A program made the translations under genes and the position numbers. Below the pieces are notes generated by a model. It saw only the letters and a program-made list of their open reading frames with translations, was not told the origin of the DNA and searched no databases. 64,000 nt of DNA from Hydrolagus colliei. Taxonomy: Eukaryota. The DNA is taken from positions 6,758,001 to 6,822,000 of the forward strand of contig CM068757.1 in assembly GCA_035084275.1 (NCBI GenBank). The letters run 5' to 3'. This document shows, piece by piece, positions 37,127 to 50,040 of this stretch. Within the stretch, counting starts at the first letter, position 1. Each line of letters begins with the position of its first letter.

Positions 37127-38499
37127 TTACACACACAAGATCTGGAGCTTTAGGCCAACCACGACCTTTCAGATGAAACACCATGATGTGTGTTTTCCTG
37201 TACACTACTCTGTTTTGGTTTCAGGAGTATAGCGTCCGGAATGTTTTCATTCAAAATACCCTCCGCTGCAAAATCATTCAATAGAATCACCGTGGCTCGT
37301 AAAGGGAACATCGTATCTTTGTGCTGCTGGTCACCAGCTCAAGCCGTGCGGTGTGTTTTAGCTTCTGAAGCCAAGAGTTTTGCAGTAACGTGGCCCAGTT
37401 TGCATTCTCTGATTGGGCGAGAACCGTAGGAAGTGCTGGAGTCAGCAACAAACAGCTGGTCAGGTGACTGTTGCTGGTTCGGTTGCAATTGGTTTGTGAT
37501 TACGTCATCCAAATGTAGTAAACCCGAAATATGGCAACTCTAAATTTCTGGGCAATCTGCCCTCCTGCAAATAACTGAGCTCTGCTTCACAGGCTCCAGA
37601 CAGGAATTTTATCATCTTCCCTTTTTCCCTTTATTTTCACTCTCTCTCTCTCTCTCTCTCTCCATGCCTCTCCCGCCCCTGCCACTCTTCCACGTACTAC
37701 TTGCTTTTAATTAGGAGAACAAGCTGGATCAGATGAGTCAATGTCACTCACTGAAACACGCGGCCCCCATCTCCAGCCAATTGTTTTATCTGGTCACGAA
37801 AAGATCTGGTGAAACCCAAACGCTGAGTCTACAGTGGCTGGTCACTGCAGTCCCTTCGTTCACACATGGAGGGGGAAGAGGAGGTCATATCTCAGACCAG
37901 TTGTCGCTCTTTATACTCCTGGCTTTATAGTCCTGGCTATGATGTGAATCCAATCAAGTGCCTTGAGATGTTATGATGACATGATAAGGCGCTCTATAAA
38001 ATGCAAGGATTTAGCTCATTTCAATAGCTCTTTAGATAAATTAGCATCTTCTGCTTTTGTTAATAGTAATAATAATGCTCCTTGCTTTCGATACAGTGCC
38101 TTGTTACATCATTGAGACGTCTCAAAACACTTCACAGAATATATATTGTAAAGTGTATTTTGACTGTATTTTTGGGGGTGAAACAACGCAGTCAATTGCA
38201 CACAGCAGTGTTGCACAAACAACAGTTTGACTAAATTATGTTTATTTTTTATTGTTGTTAATCAATACTGCCTCTGTAGGTCGCATCTCCTTAACTGCGA
38301 TGCCCGTGAAGGAAGAGATCATGTACAGTATTTGTTACTTTTTTTTGTGTACCTGGCGCATAGTTATGTTGGAGTGGATCTCATCTTTCCTTCTGCATTA
38401 TCAGAAGGTTACTGCTCTACCGTTGCCATTCATGGCAGGTTGCCTGGAGGCATGAACAAAGGTGTCTCAGAGGCAGATGCATCTCAATAGGATCCCTGT

Positions 38500-38802
38500 G
38501 TGGAGTCCTGTAGCTCAGTAGTTAGAGCACTGTACAAGGGAGAGAGAGACCTAGGTTTGATTCCAGGCAGGGTGAAACCTCGGGCATGTTTCCTTACTCC
38601 ACACGCCTAACAATAACTCCCCCCCAAATAATAAGTTGGTCATTTCAATCCCCAACTGTTTGTGAAACACTGCTGTGTGCAATTGGCTGCCGCATTTTGC
38701 CCGCAGATACAGTCAATTCACTTTACAGTATATTCTGTGAAGCGCTTTGAGGCGGCAAGAAGATGTGAAAAGTGCTATATCAAATGCACGGATTATTATT
38801 AT
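38500..38802 (+). mobile_element. Full-length SINE
   Basis: GTGGAGTCCTGTAGCTCAG head through GGATTATTATT tail. Confidence 0.9.
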
Positions 38803-39671
38803 GATTCTTTGCTCAGATACCAACCCCCCAGCTCCAGAAATGAGATAAACTCAAGAGGATTAAAGGGTTGAACCTGCATCACACCACTTGGTGGTGCTGC
38901 TTTCACAGCTAGAAACCACAAGTGACATTTTTCTCTTCCCCAAAACTGTTGAAATGTTGGGAGTGAAAACCACCCATTTTCTATACTATGTAAATTCTGG
39001 CTTTGGCAGAGCCTCTAATTCCCTCTTCCCCCAGTACACACTCACACAAACACACCAGACCCTCTTCTGCCTCACACGCTCAAACTCCTCTCCCCCTACC
39101 ACACATCTGCCCCTCTCTCTCTCTCCCTGCCCCGCCCCAGACAGCCATCACCCCAAACACAATCATTAGCTGTCACAAAGAGTCCTATCTCCCTATAGGT
39201 TTCAACACAGACCATTTTCTGCTCCATTACTTTCTTAATTTATCAATTTGCATCCCGATTCCTACAATACAATTCAAGAGTACACAATTCACTGAACAAT
39301 CAAGTAGCTATGTGGAACACAACAGAGACAGGAGCTTGAAAATGCCTTTCCCTCCGACTGCAATGAATCAAATCCGACAGCTTTTGACTTTCAGGAGATC
39401 AACTCGTTTTACAACCATACTGAATGAAGAATTTAAAAACTCGTCACAGTAAACGATAGAAAGCTGACAATATTAACCTGGGCAACAGCACAGCGAATAA
39501 AACACCTTTAATCTGCAAACCAATTAAAGGCATTCTCAATTAATAACACAGGCTTCCCTAGCAGCTAAATGTGGGCTGGCAAGATTCCACCAAAGATACT
39601 GTTGTTTGTGCACATACGCAAAAATGTGAACTTGATTTCCAAGGACCTGCTAAGCCTTAGGCATTCGTCCC

Positions 39672-39830
39672 GTAGATGTTCTGTAACTCAGTGGTTAGAG
39701 CACTCACCTTACAAGCAAGAGACCTGGGTTTGATTCCAGGCAGGACGAAACCTTGGACAAGTTTCCTTACTCCACATCCCTCAAAAAAATTGGTCATTTC
39801 AATGCACAACTGTTTGTGGGACACTGCTTG
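39672..39830 (+). mobile_element. SINE 5' half (head and part of body)
   Basis: CTCAGTGGTTAGAGCACTCACCTTACAAGC..GGTTTGATTCC. Confidence 0.8.
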
Positions 39831-40847
39831 TCAAATATTATATACCAACAAATACAATTTATTCGATCCTCGTGAAACTGGTTAGTCCCAAACATTGGAT
39901 TGCAATCTGGTTTATGCAAGGAAAGAAAATATAAATATGTCGACAGCGCTACTTTATAATGTGCGGGATAACAACCACAGCAACAAAATTACATTTGTAT
40001 AGCACTTTTCACATCGGGAGGATTACAATTATAATACAATTTTTTTTGCCTTGGTAAAATCAGCAACAATGTGAACTATAAAATGAACCAAATGCAAAAT
40101 AAAGAATAGAACTAATAATAATACTTGCATTTGATCTAGGACCTCATCACATCGTTGAGACATCTCAAAGCGCTTTACAGAATATACTGTAAAGTGAGTG
40201 ACTGTATAGTTTGTAGGTGAAACGCGGCAGTCAATTTAGCTTTCGATAAAAGCAATATGTGTACTATTGGCCGCCCTTTGCTTTCCTGGTTCTATTCCTG
40301 GCTCAGTCAAAGTACAGCCATGACTCAGTGAGGCAAATCTCTGTGCAAGTAAAGGCAATTTCAAGAGCATTCAGAGTGATGTTTTACCTGTACAAACTAA
40401 TATCTGGTCATTTACGAACAGCTGAAATGTACAAATCATAACCCAGTTTTTTTCCTGGACTGCACGGAAGGAGGTCATTTAGACAATTGTGTCTATGTTT
40501 CCTGGCATTCTTTGCTTCTGGCATTCTTTGACACAGAATTAATCTCACTTTTCAGCTTTTTCCTGACACCTCTGCGTACGAGCACATCTCCCATTAACAT
40601 GATTAACTGCTGAATGAAATCACACAAATGGACGAGGTACAGTGGAATGTTTGGACCAGGACAGGATGAGATGCTGTTATTTTTCAACCATTGGTGACTT
40701 TGAAAGCATAAAGATAAATAGTTTTCCCATTGACCTATAGCACTTACTGTGCCTGCAGCTGGGTGAATGGATTGTATGTGCCCATTATGAAACTAGCTGT
40801 CAAGTTGAATTTGAACAAACTGAATAAGGTAGAAAGGATAGAGGCAG

Positions 40848-40884
40848 AGATGATGATAATGATGATGATGATGATGATGATGAT
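40848..40884. repeat. (GAT)n microsatellite
   Basis: About 12 units with one GAT>AAT interruption. Confidence 0.95.
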
Positions 40885-40942
40885 GGGGGAGTGGATTCAT
40901 GAGTTGAGAAGAATGGAATATATATATTTTTTAATGAATAAA

Positions 40943-41231
40943 AATAATTATTCTTGCATTTGATATAGCGCTTTTCACATCTTCTAAACATCTCAAAGCA
41001 TTTCACAGAATATACTGGAAAGTGAATTAACTGTATATATATGTGCGAAACACGGCTGCTAACTGCGCACAGCAATGACCTGTGGATTGAAATGACCAAT
41101 ATTTTTTGGAGGGATTATTATTAGGTGTGTGGAATAAGGAAACTTGCCCAAGGTTTCGCCCTGCCTGGAATTGAACCCAGATCTCTCGCTTGTAAGGCGA
41201 GTACTGTAACCCCTGAGCTACAGGACTCCAC
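40943..41231 (-). mobile_element. Full-length SINE
   Basis: Reverse-complement family match including an intact anticodon arm CTCGCCTTACAAGCGAG. Confidence 0.9.
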
Positions 41232-41339
41232 GATAAATAAATACATCAAACATGACCAAGACAAAGCCATAATAAAATACTGGAGGGAAGATGAAGCTGA
41301 TTAAAATAGTTATTTTTGGGTCACACATTGTCTCACCTC

Positions 41340-41597
41340 AACATAGAACAGTAACAGGAACAAAGGATATATACACGGTGAGTTGTTTGAATCTGGAATG
41401 CATTGCCTGAAAGGGTGGTGGAGTTCGATAACAACCTTCAAAAGAGAGGTGGATGGTAAGTGGAGGAGGACGGGTTTGCTGGATTATGGGGAGAGAGCAG
41501 GGGAGTTGGATTGCCTTTGAATAGCTCTTTTCAAAGAGTCGGCATAGACACGATGGGCCGAATGGCCTCCTTTTGTGCTGAAAAACTCTACGATTTT
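41340..41597 (+). mobile_element. CR1-clade LINE 3' end
   Basis: TGGAATGCATTGCCTGAAAGGGTGGTGGAG (WNALPERVVE) then the tail GGCATAGACACGATGGGCCGAATGGCCTCC; related tails at ~50225-50320(+), ~30194-30275(-), ~32855-32900(-). Confidence 0.8.
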
Positions 41598-44132
41598 AAG
41601 TTCACATCGCTACCTTATGTCCGTCGAACACTGTGGAACAGGTTAGAGGAGTTACTTCCTTTATGCAATATTTATTGCAAAATAAACGGTGGTAGCATTA
41701 AGCTCCATGGGTTTGTGGGAGTAATTCTATGAGGGTGATTAATTCCATGTAGAATTACGCATATGGTAGCTTGGCACTACAACCGATAAGTGTGCATGTG
41801 GTGACGGGTTAAGATAAAATTTCCTGCGATTCAATGTGTCTTGACATGTCAACACATGTACTGGCAAGCGTCGCAATCCCAGGTTAAGAAGTTTGTCTGC
41901 ACACACGTTTGACTGATCTCAACTCTACAGTTCCTGCGATTTAATGCAGCCAGTAAGTGGGGGAGTAATGGTGGGCAGCGGAGCAGTGTTCCAAGTTAGG
42001 AGGCAATTAATACAAATAGTGCAAGGAAATCCTAGTGCTTTGGACAAGAAATGTGTGCACAAGAAGCAACAAGAGAGGGGCAAATAGAAAAAGGGAGATT
42101 AAATCAATTTTTTTTAATATAATGGCGCGGCAGAGGGAGACTCAAAAGAATATGTTGGGGGAGCAATTTGGGCGTTAAAAGCAGATGCGTTCGTTTCTTC
42201 ACATCAGCCTCCAGCAATAACGCAAGAAGAGCAGATGGCAATTCCAGGTTGTCGATAATGCTGTAACCGGTTGCCAGGAGATGTAGCATTAGCCTGAATA
42301 TCTCCTCACTGAGGGAGGGAATAGTCACGTACCATTGTGCTCTGGCTATTCTCGACGGGCCAGGTTACAGACGACACGCTGCACGGAAAAAAATGTTGAA
42401 GTCAGATTATGTACTTGAGGATCCTTCTCCGCTTTCAGAATCATATCAACTTACATCCATTTTCATTTGCCTTCGACTTTTACTTGATTTGTTTGTTTTT
42501 TTGAGGCTGTAAAACAGACAAGAAATGATTTAGACTGAAGGTTACAGCTGCAGCTTTTAACGCGGGAGAACGAAAAAGTGTCAGGGCCCTGACCACAGAC
42601 ACAGCGGTGGAGAGTTTCACACCCAGGAGAGGAGACGAGTTTGTTTTTCACGTCCACTCTTGACATGGCTGGCGCACAAACTGGCTTCGCAACAATGGAA
42701 GTGGGCAAAAGGTGCTTGGATTCACTGAGGTTAAGATACAAAGGATCAGACTCCTCTCAAAGGGAAAAGGTTAAAGGAAAACTGTACAGCATTTTGTGAA
42801 CAAATGCATCCCAACTCACTGCAAGATGTTAACAAAGTGAAAGAGTAATTTTCAGTCACTGAGACACAACAGAATAAAACCGATAACAAATTTCCTACAG
42901 TTATATTTTATGGATAAACCGCATAAAGCATACAGTCAATCCACTCTACTGTGAAGTGTTTTGAGACATTTCAATGACATGATAAGACACTATATCAAAT
43001 GCAAGATTATTGTTATTAATATTACATTTACTTTCAACAGAACTTACACTGTAGACATACATCCCCAATTCAATGCTACAAACCAGCACAAGCACAGCTT
43101 GATAGATATTAAACCGTTTTGGAGCAATGTGTTTGTCAAAGATGATAAATTGCAGATTCTTACACATGTCGCCTCAAGTCAAGACATGACACTAATATGC
43201 CTTCAACACCCAGACTTCAAAAATCAAGCATCAGAATTCACCAGCCTTTGATTCTTGCTTCTGGTGCTGAATTTGAGACGTTATCAAGAGTTCTCTTCAT
43301 TTCACTATGATCTGAGTTGATAGTGTTTGAAACATGTTGTGGTGTTGGATTTCAGTTGGATTTCACTGACATTGTTTTGTTCTCAGGAGCAAACCATATT
43401 CAAACCTAAATGACACAGAAGTAGAAAAATGAATTATTGAAAGAAAAATCTGTACGTAGAATTTTATTTCGATTATTCCATTGACAGCTTCAAATAGGTG
43501 CCCTGAGATTTCATTTTCTGGCTCCCTTTAGGTTTTTTAATGTCACATAGAGAACAGATCAGTGCCCAGCCTTTGGCCCAGCTCGATTGCAAGCTTGGCA
43601 TAATAATAACTTTCCTGGGATTTAATGCCTGCCCTCAACCAAGCTCTTTCTACCAACACCTGCTCCCACATGACCAAAGCAAACCAAACTAGGACAAATG
43701 ATTTGTTCCATAATTTATGTTAATCAAAAATTGATTTGGTTCGATTCCACTGGGTCAATCGGTGGGCTTTCATTTTGAACATTCCAGGATTATCGATACT
43801 CAACAGCAAACCACAATCGAGTACCGAAGAGACACAGCAAACTGGGGAATTATACTGCAGCTGGATTCAGACCAATAATGAATTTCAGTACATTGAATCA
43901 ATCATTTAGTACCTTGCCAATCCACAGTCAAGGTATGAATAATGATGCCTGAGGGAGGTACTGCAGGGCAACTGAAGCTTGTGGAAATGTACTCCCCAAG
44001 GAGCCGGAGGAAGGGGAAAAAAAACTTTGGTGGAAAAGATTGCATGGAGTTGAGAACAGTCATCAACAACAACAGCGCCTTTCACGTCAAGAGAAACTCA
44101 AGGTGCTGATTCTCATTGAAGAGTGAATGCAT

Positions 44133-44374
44133 GAACCTCAGGCAAGTTTCCTTACTAAACATGTCTGATAATAATCCATCCCAAAAAAACTCAACAATAA
44201 ATTGGTCATTTCAATCCACGACTGTTTGACAGCACATTATGTTGTGCGTAACTGGCTACTGCGTTTTGTCCACAAATATAACTGTCAATCCACTTTACAG
44301 TATATTCCGTGAAGTGCTTTGAGACATCTAGAAGATGTCAAAAGCCCGATATCAAATGCAAGGATTATTATTAT
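44133..44374 (+). mobile_element. 5'-truncated SINE
   Basis: GGCAAGTTTCCTTACT through AAATGCAAGGATTATTATT. Confidence 0.85.
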
Positions 44375-45944
44375 GAACACAATCTTTTGAACCATAAAAC
44401 AACAATTTCATCATTCGCTATTTACAAAGTCTTCAGGCAAAATGCCTCAGATTCCTGTGGAATTTAGATAATTAAGAATAATTGTGAAGATTAATTGTAA
44501 TGATATTTCAATTTGATATGGTATCTTATAATACCATAATAATCATGCCATACAAAAGGGTTCATTTTTAAATGGTAGTAACTTTTCGAGGCAAATGCAA
44601 TAGCTAATCTGCATCAGAAATGGTGAATAATAACACTCCTTGCATTTGATGTAGCATTTTTCACATCTTATCGACGTCTCAAAGCGCTTCACAGAATATA
44701 CTGTAAAGTGAATTGATTGTATATCTGAGGGTGAAATGACAATTATTGCGTTATTTCTCAAATTCAATGTCTGCTCAATCCATTAGAGTGGAAGATGGGA
44801 TCTTAGAATAAAAATAATTGCATCTATGAAGTGTGGATTAGGTTTGAAAACTATCATATCACATTTACATAAAATACATGCTCGAGCCTTTAAAACAGAT
44901 TCATGTTATTTTCTGAAAATTGACACATTGTCACGGATGAAAAAACAAGCAAGTGAGTTCAACATCACAATATAACAGGTTTCTCTCACTCCCATTAAAC
45001 AAAAAATTGAATCACAATTGTGGTGACAGAAAAGAAAGGGAAAACCTAACATTCAATGGGTGTGGGATCGTTCCTTGTGATCGTCCTTGTATGATTTCCA
45101 AAGGAGCAAAAAAATAAGAATAGCGACTGAAATACTCATAAAATAGCCACAAAGAGTCTTCAAAAAGTCTTCTGCCGTCTTAACCTTGCAAAACCTTACC
45201 AACCATTAATGTTTCCATTCTGGATGTGGAGAGTTATTGGTTGGTTCTGTTTCGCTGAAGGACACTGATGGAAATAGAGCTGCATAGGAGAAAGGTTAGC
45301 TCATTGGAAAGAAATCAATCCCACATGCTACAGGTCTCCCTAAGCCAAACAGGACTATTTCGTGTTTAAATCACAAAACACCATTTAATGCAGTGAGCAG
45401 TCTTTACCCGAGGATTGATTACATCCGCATTTCCTGCGTATTAAATTGAGATTCAAAAAAACGGTTGATATATGGTGTCCTCGTGTTTCTGTTATCAGTT
45501 CGTTCCTAAGATCAACAGGATACAGAATGAGGGATCACGGCACCGAATTCTTTTGGTTGTGAAAAAAAACAAGACAATTCATCACAGTCAATCTCATCAT
45601 AATAATCTATAGTGAAAACGTTCAGCACAGGCTCAGGCAGAAGTCATCAATTCAGAATTATATAGTTTAATCTGTATTGAAAGATTCTTGTAAAAGGAGA
45701 AGACAAACACAGAGCCTTAGAGGAAAAAAGAAAGAGGGAGCAGAAAGCCAAAAAAAGGGCCATTGGAAAAATGATCAGAAAAGAGAGAATGGGGGCACAG
45801 TGGATAGTGTGAGTTCCTTTATAGAATTAGATTTCACATGATCTGTGGAAAAAGCAGATAGGGTGGCCAAACAGGTGTTTCTCAGTCCATGCTGTCTCAG
45901 GAGAGACGTCTCAAAGTGCTTCACTGTAAATGTAGAACTCTGCA

Positions 45945-46250
45945 GCCCATGTCCTCTCCTGCACCAGGCTCTAACCACCCGCACCCCCCACCACCTCATC
46001 CTCACCCGACTCCACTGGCTTCCCATTCCACAGAGGATACAATTCAAGATCCACCCCCTAACCTCTTACCAACCAGCCTGTTCCCTCTGCTCAGCGGGCT
46101 CCGACATGCTTCATTTCCCTCTCCTCACCCAAGGCCCAACCATAGGCAGGCAGACTTTTCTAGCCATTCCTGCCCCACCCTCTGGAACTCCACCCCGTAG
46201 TCCCTCCGCCTCGCCCGCTCCCTGGGCTCCTTCAAGGCCTGGTTTTCTCA
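45945..46250 (+). mobile_element. Degenerate L2 ORF2 fragment
   Basis: ILTRLHWLPIPQRIQFKI..PTIGRQTF..PTLWNS motifs across frames. Confidence 0.8.
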
Positions 46251-47194
46251 CAACAAGCAACTGAAAGAGCAGGGAATGAAGCAAAGGCTTCGAATGTTGT
46301 GCTGAAACCGTGGATTGCTAATGAGAAGCAACCTCTCCCACAGCAATTTGGAGTATGCTTCACATTCTGAAACATGCAGAAAATATATCCAGGGGAATGC
46401 AAGGGTTTAAACACCTCAAAAGAGTGAGCTGGTAACATAATAAAGGAATAATATATAAAGGAATGAGAGAAATTAGCTTTCTGCAAAACATCACATAAGT
46501 GTTGCGCAGTGTAACTGAAGACATGTATGCGCAGTGATATTATTATTAAGGTCCCATATGTCAAGGAATGGCTTTGCAAAGTGTGTGCTTCATGAATATG
46601 TTATGCCTCCACATTAACTCTCAGTGGAAAACATAATGCTTGGAATAGAATTTCAAGTGGCCTTAAAATGAAGCTCGAATTGAACGCAAATAATTAATAA
46701 GCCGTTAACAATTCCAGTGCTTCATTTCAGCTTCACTTTTAAAAATCGCTGCATGTTTATTATCTTTAAACGTCTTCGAGTATTATTGTTCCTTGTACAA
46801 TAAAATCATTTCACCTTCACGGCTCCCCAAAATAATGGGACCTCTGCAATCCCCGTCACTTGAAGAGACTTTGAGGAAAAACAAAGGGGCTGCTTCTGCT
46901 CCCTCCCCCAATTAAACACATTGATTGGCAGGTGCTATATCCTTGTTTCCCCACAGCTTACAATAATAATAGTAATAATAATCCTTGCATTTGACATATC
47001 GCTTTTTACATCTTTAAGACGTCTCAAAGCGCTTCACAGAATACCGGTATACTGTAAAGTGAATTGACTGTACAGTATATATGTGGGTGAAACTAGAAAT
47101 GCTGTAAAGTGTAACAGCAGCAGGTTGTCTGTGAAATGGGGCTCCTCGCTGGTGATGTGTCGTTCCTCTTCTTTTCAATTCATTGGCCTAACCT

Positions 47195-48216
47195 GGGGGC
47201 CAGCTGAATACATTCCCTGCAGCCTAAAATATTGAAGCATTCTGTTCTGAAATTTGGTATCCCTTTTGAAAGGATTTAGGTACAGTGCATTGAAGCATTG
47301 ACTGACCGACTGTCCAGTTACAGCCCTGTCTGTGTGAGCAGCAGCCATTTTAGGTTTGCAGTTCTGAATCATAGGATTGGAGCATTTCTTGCTTCCAGAA
47401 GCGTCTGCGTGTTCATCCATAGCAGTTGAAACAGGAACTGACGATGCTCATCTCTGTGGTTTTGATGTTAAAGTGAACGGGAGGCCTGGGGCTTCCACCA
47501 ATGATCATCTGCTTAGGCCAATGCATTGAAAAGAACAGGAATGACAAGAGCACCAGCGAGGAGCGCAATTTCACAGACAACCTGCTGCTGTTACACTTTA
47601 CAGCAATTCCGTACGAATCCAATCTGCTTTGGAAGAACAATCACAGAGCTGCTTGCACACTGCTTCTAGTTCACGTCATCTCCTGGGACGCTACGTGCTG
47701 AAGTTCAAACAGAGTGAACCATCACTGTTGTGTAATCTACTGTAGATCCTGTACAATAGGAAAGCCCTGCCTTGGTGTTTGGCACTCATTGAAAATTCTC
47801 CAAGCAGTAACAACAAGCATGATTGCTTTGTGCCATTGCTTTCAGATGCAGCCTATTGCTATCCAACCATTCAGTTAGTTTGGGTAGACAAAAGTGTTCT
47901 AAGTCCGGGGCTATTGACATTCAGAACAGAGGAGATAATTGATTTGGGGATAAACTGTACCTGTCGACTTTTAAAAAAATCATTGCATATCTTTTTATCA
48001 TTGGATTCCTCACAGTGAAACTCTTCTTCAAAGTGTCTCACCATCTGAGACTATAAGCCACCTGCATTGCACCATTGTTACATCCAAGTATGATATTTGT
48101 GAAGACACAAAAGGTTATATTTAAATAGGGGGGCCAGCTGTATACAGTCCCATGCAACCTAAAATATTTAAGCATTCTGTTCTGAAATTTGGTATCCCTT
48201 TTGAAAGGAATTAGGT
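47195..48216 (+). repeat. Pair of ~87-bp direct repeats (47195-47281 and 48129-48216)
   Basis: GGGGGCCAGCTG.ATACA.TCCC..GCA.CCTAAAATATT.AAGCATTCTGTTCTGAAATTTGGTATCCCTTTTGAAAGGA.TTAGGT present twice with few differences. Confidence 0.9.
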
Positions 48217-49789
48217 TAAGAATGTATTCTGTCAAATCCAATCATACATAATACTGTCTTACATATAGCGCCTTTCATGTCAGGAGGATGACCCAATGCA
48301 TTATGTTGTAAATTGAAAATGTGGCAATGCGAACAGTGAATTATTTCCCTTTACTCTTGTAGATATTGCCAACACCATAGGCTGATGTGCATCTGCATCA
48401 ATGCATCTGCAATTCCAGACACGGACGGATGTTGCAGAATCTGTGGAGAATTTGGAAATGTTGATAGAGTAAATAAGAGGCAGATAGTTCTGCAATTTAA
48501 TAATAATAATAATCCTTGCATTTGATATAGCGCTTTTCACATTTTATCGATGTCTCAAAGCGCTTTATATCCACTATTTAAGTGTATTGGTGAAGAAAAT
48601 GTCTGTCAATATTACCTGATAGACCAGGGCTGTTTATCAACAGTGGTAGAAGGATAAGACAGTAGCTTTACATAGGAAGCAACAACAACAACTTGCTTCT
48701 ATGTAGCACCTATCACACGGGGTAGTTTCCCATAGCGCTGCTTGGAGGAAACCAGCTGGGAAAGATTTAGGACGTTTTGCAACAGGAAACAGGACCTTGT
48801 ATGCAATGTTCTGTTACCCCCTACCCCATGTTTCTTCTCTACAGTGCACAGACCAACAACTGAAATATGTAGAAGAATAATGATACATACTTGTATTTAG
48901 TACAACTGTATTTAGATGTCCAGGGGATTGATGTGTGCGAGCGCCATCATTTTCATGGCAGATAATGATCCATCACAATGTTCAGTACAGCATCTTCCGT
49001 AACATGGATGGGGTGACAAGGGGAAAAACTTGTTTCAGCTGCTCCACAGTCTCGTAGGATTGTTTTGTAATAGGTGGGTGAGAGGACATTGTACATTGGA
49101 CACTTCACAGTAGCAGGATTTTTAAAAATCCTTTTGGAGTGTCTCTCAACAACGGTTTGTGGCAGTGAATTCTACATTCCAGACCATCCTCTAGGAGTCC
49201 AGGTAAAGTGTTCTCTCTCTCTATATATATATATAACCTCTTTAATTCCTTCCATCTATTGTGAGTTCAATTAGTTTTATACACCTGTCTCCAAATGTGG
49301 TCTCCCTACCTTCAGCCCATCCGTTCTTTTCCTTGCTGAACACTCATCTCCGTGCTATTCTGCCATCACACCATCAAGCTGCTTCTTAAATGGGTCAACT
49401 GAACCACCCTTCCTGGACATAACTCCATTGTAGTGTGTTTTGCATTCATATCAAGTGCAGAGTATTTCCTCTAGAAGCATTGAGAGAACACACATTTAAA
49501 GTAATCATTGATGGAATTGAAGAGGTTAGAGAGAATGAGAGAGAGAGAAAAAAAAACTCTTCACACACACAGGGTGGTCTGAAATGTGGAATTCACCGCC
49601 ACAAACAGTTGTTGCTATTCCATAAGGATTTTTTTTTCATTTGAAAGACGAAGAATATTAAAGGGTGTAGAGCAGACGAGACCACAGAGCAGCACGAACA
49701 CTCTCATGTAATTGTGAGGTATGGATTAGAAGTTCATTGTTACAATTGAGGAATGAGAATGGGCGTGAATTGAAGCAGCTACAAGTCTT

Positions 49790-50040
49790 GAGCCTTCTGC
49801 GGTCTCGGTGGCCGTGCCTTCCGCCGCTACGCCCCGAGAACTCCCTTCCTCAATCCCTTCGCCTCGCCCCCTCTTTTCCCATTTTCAGGTCACGGCTGAA
49901 GACCTTCCGATTCGACCGCGCTTTTGGTCACCTTTGTCCACCTCCCGCTGGCTGAGCTCCCGGGATCCGTTATCGTGATGCGCTCTGAGACGCCGTCCAG
50001 CGTGGAGAGCGCTGTCTGAATCCAAGTTGTTATTGTTGTC
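49790..50040 (+). mobile_element. L2 LINE 3' end (different subfamily)
   Basis: NSLPQSLRLAPSFPIFRSRLKTFRFDRAF followed by the stem-loop tail GCGCTCT..AGAGCGC and TTG repeats. Confidence 0.82.

Noticed and set aside
40730-40963. Poly-Met ORF
   Set aside because: Translation of the (GAT)n microsatellite.
47259-47275. Histone-type stem-loop in the 87-bp repeat
   Set aside because: Does not match the GGYYYTTYTNARRRCC consensus and there is no histone CDS.
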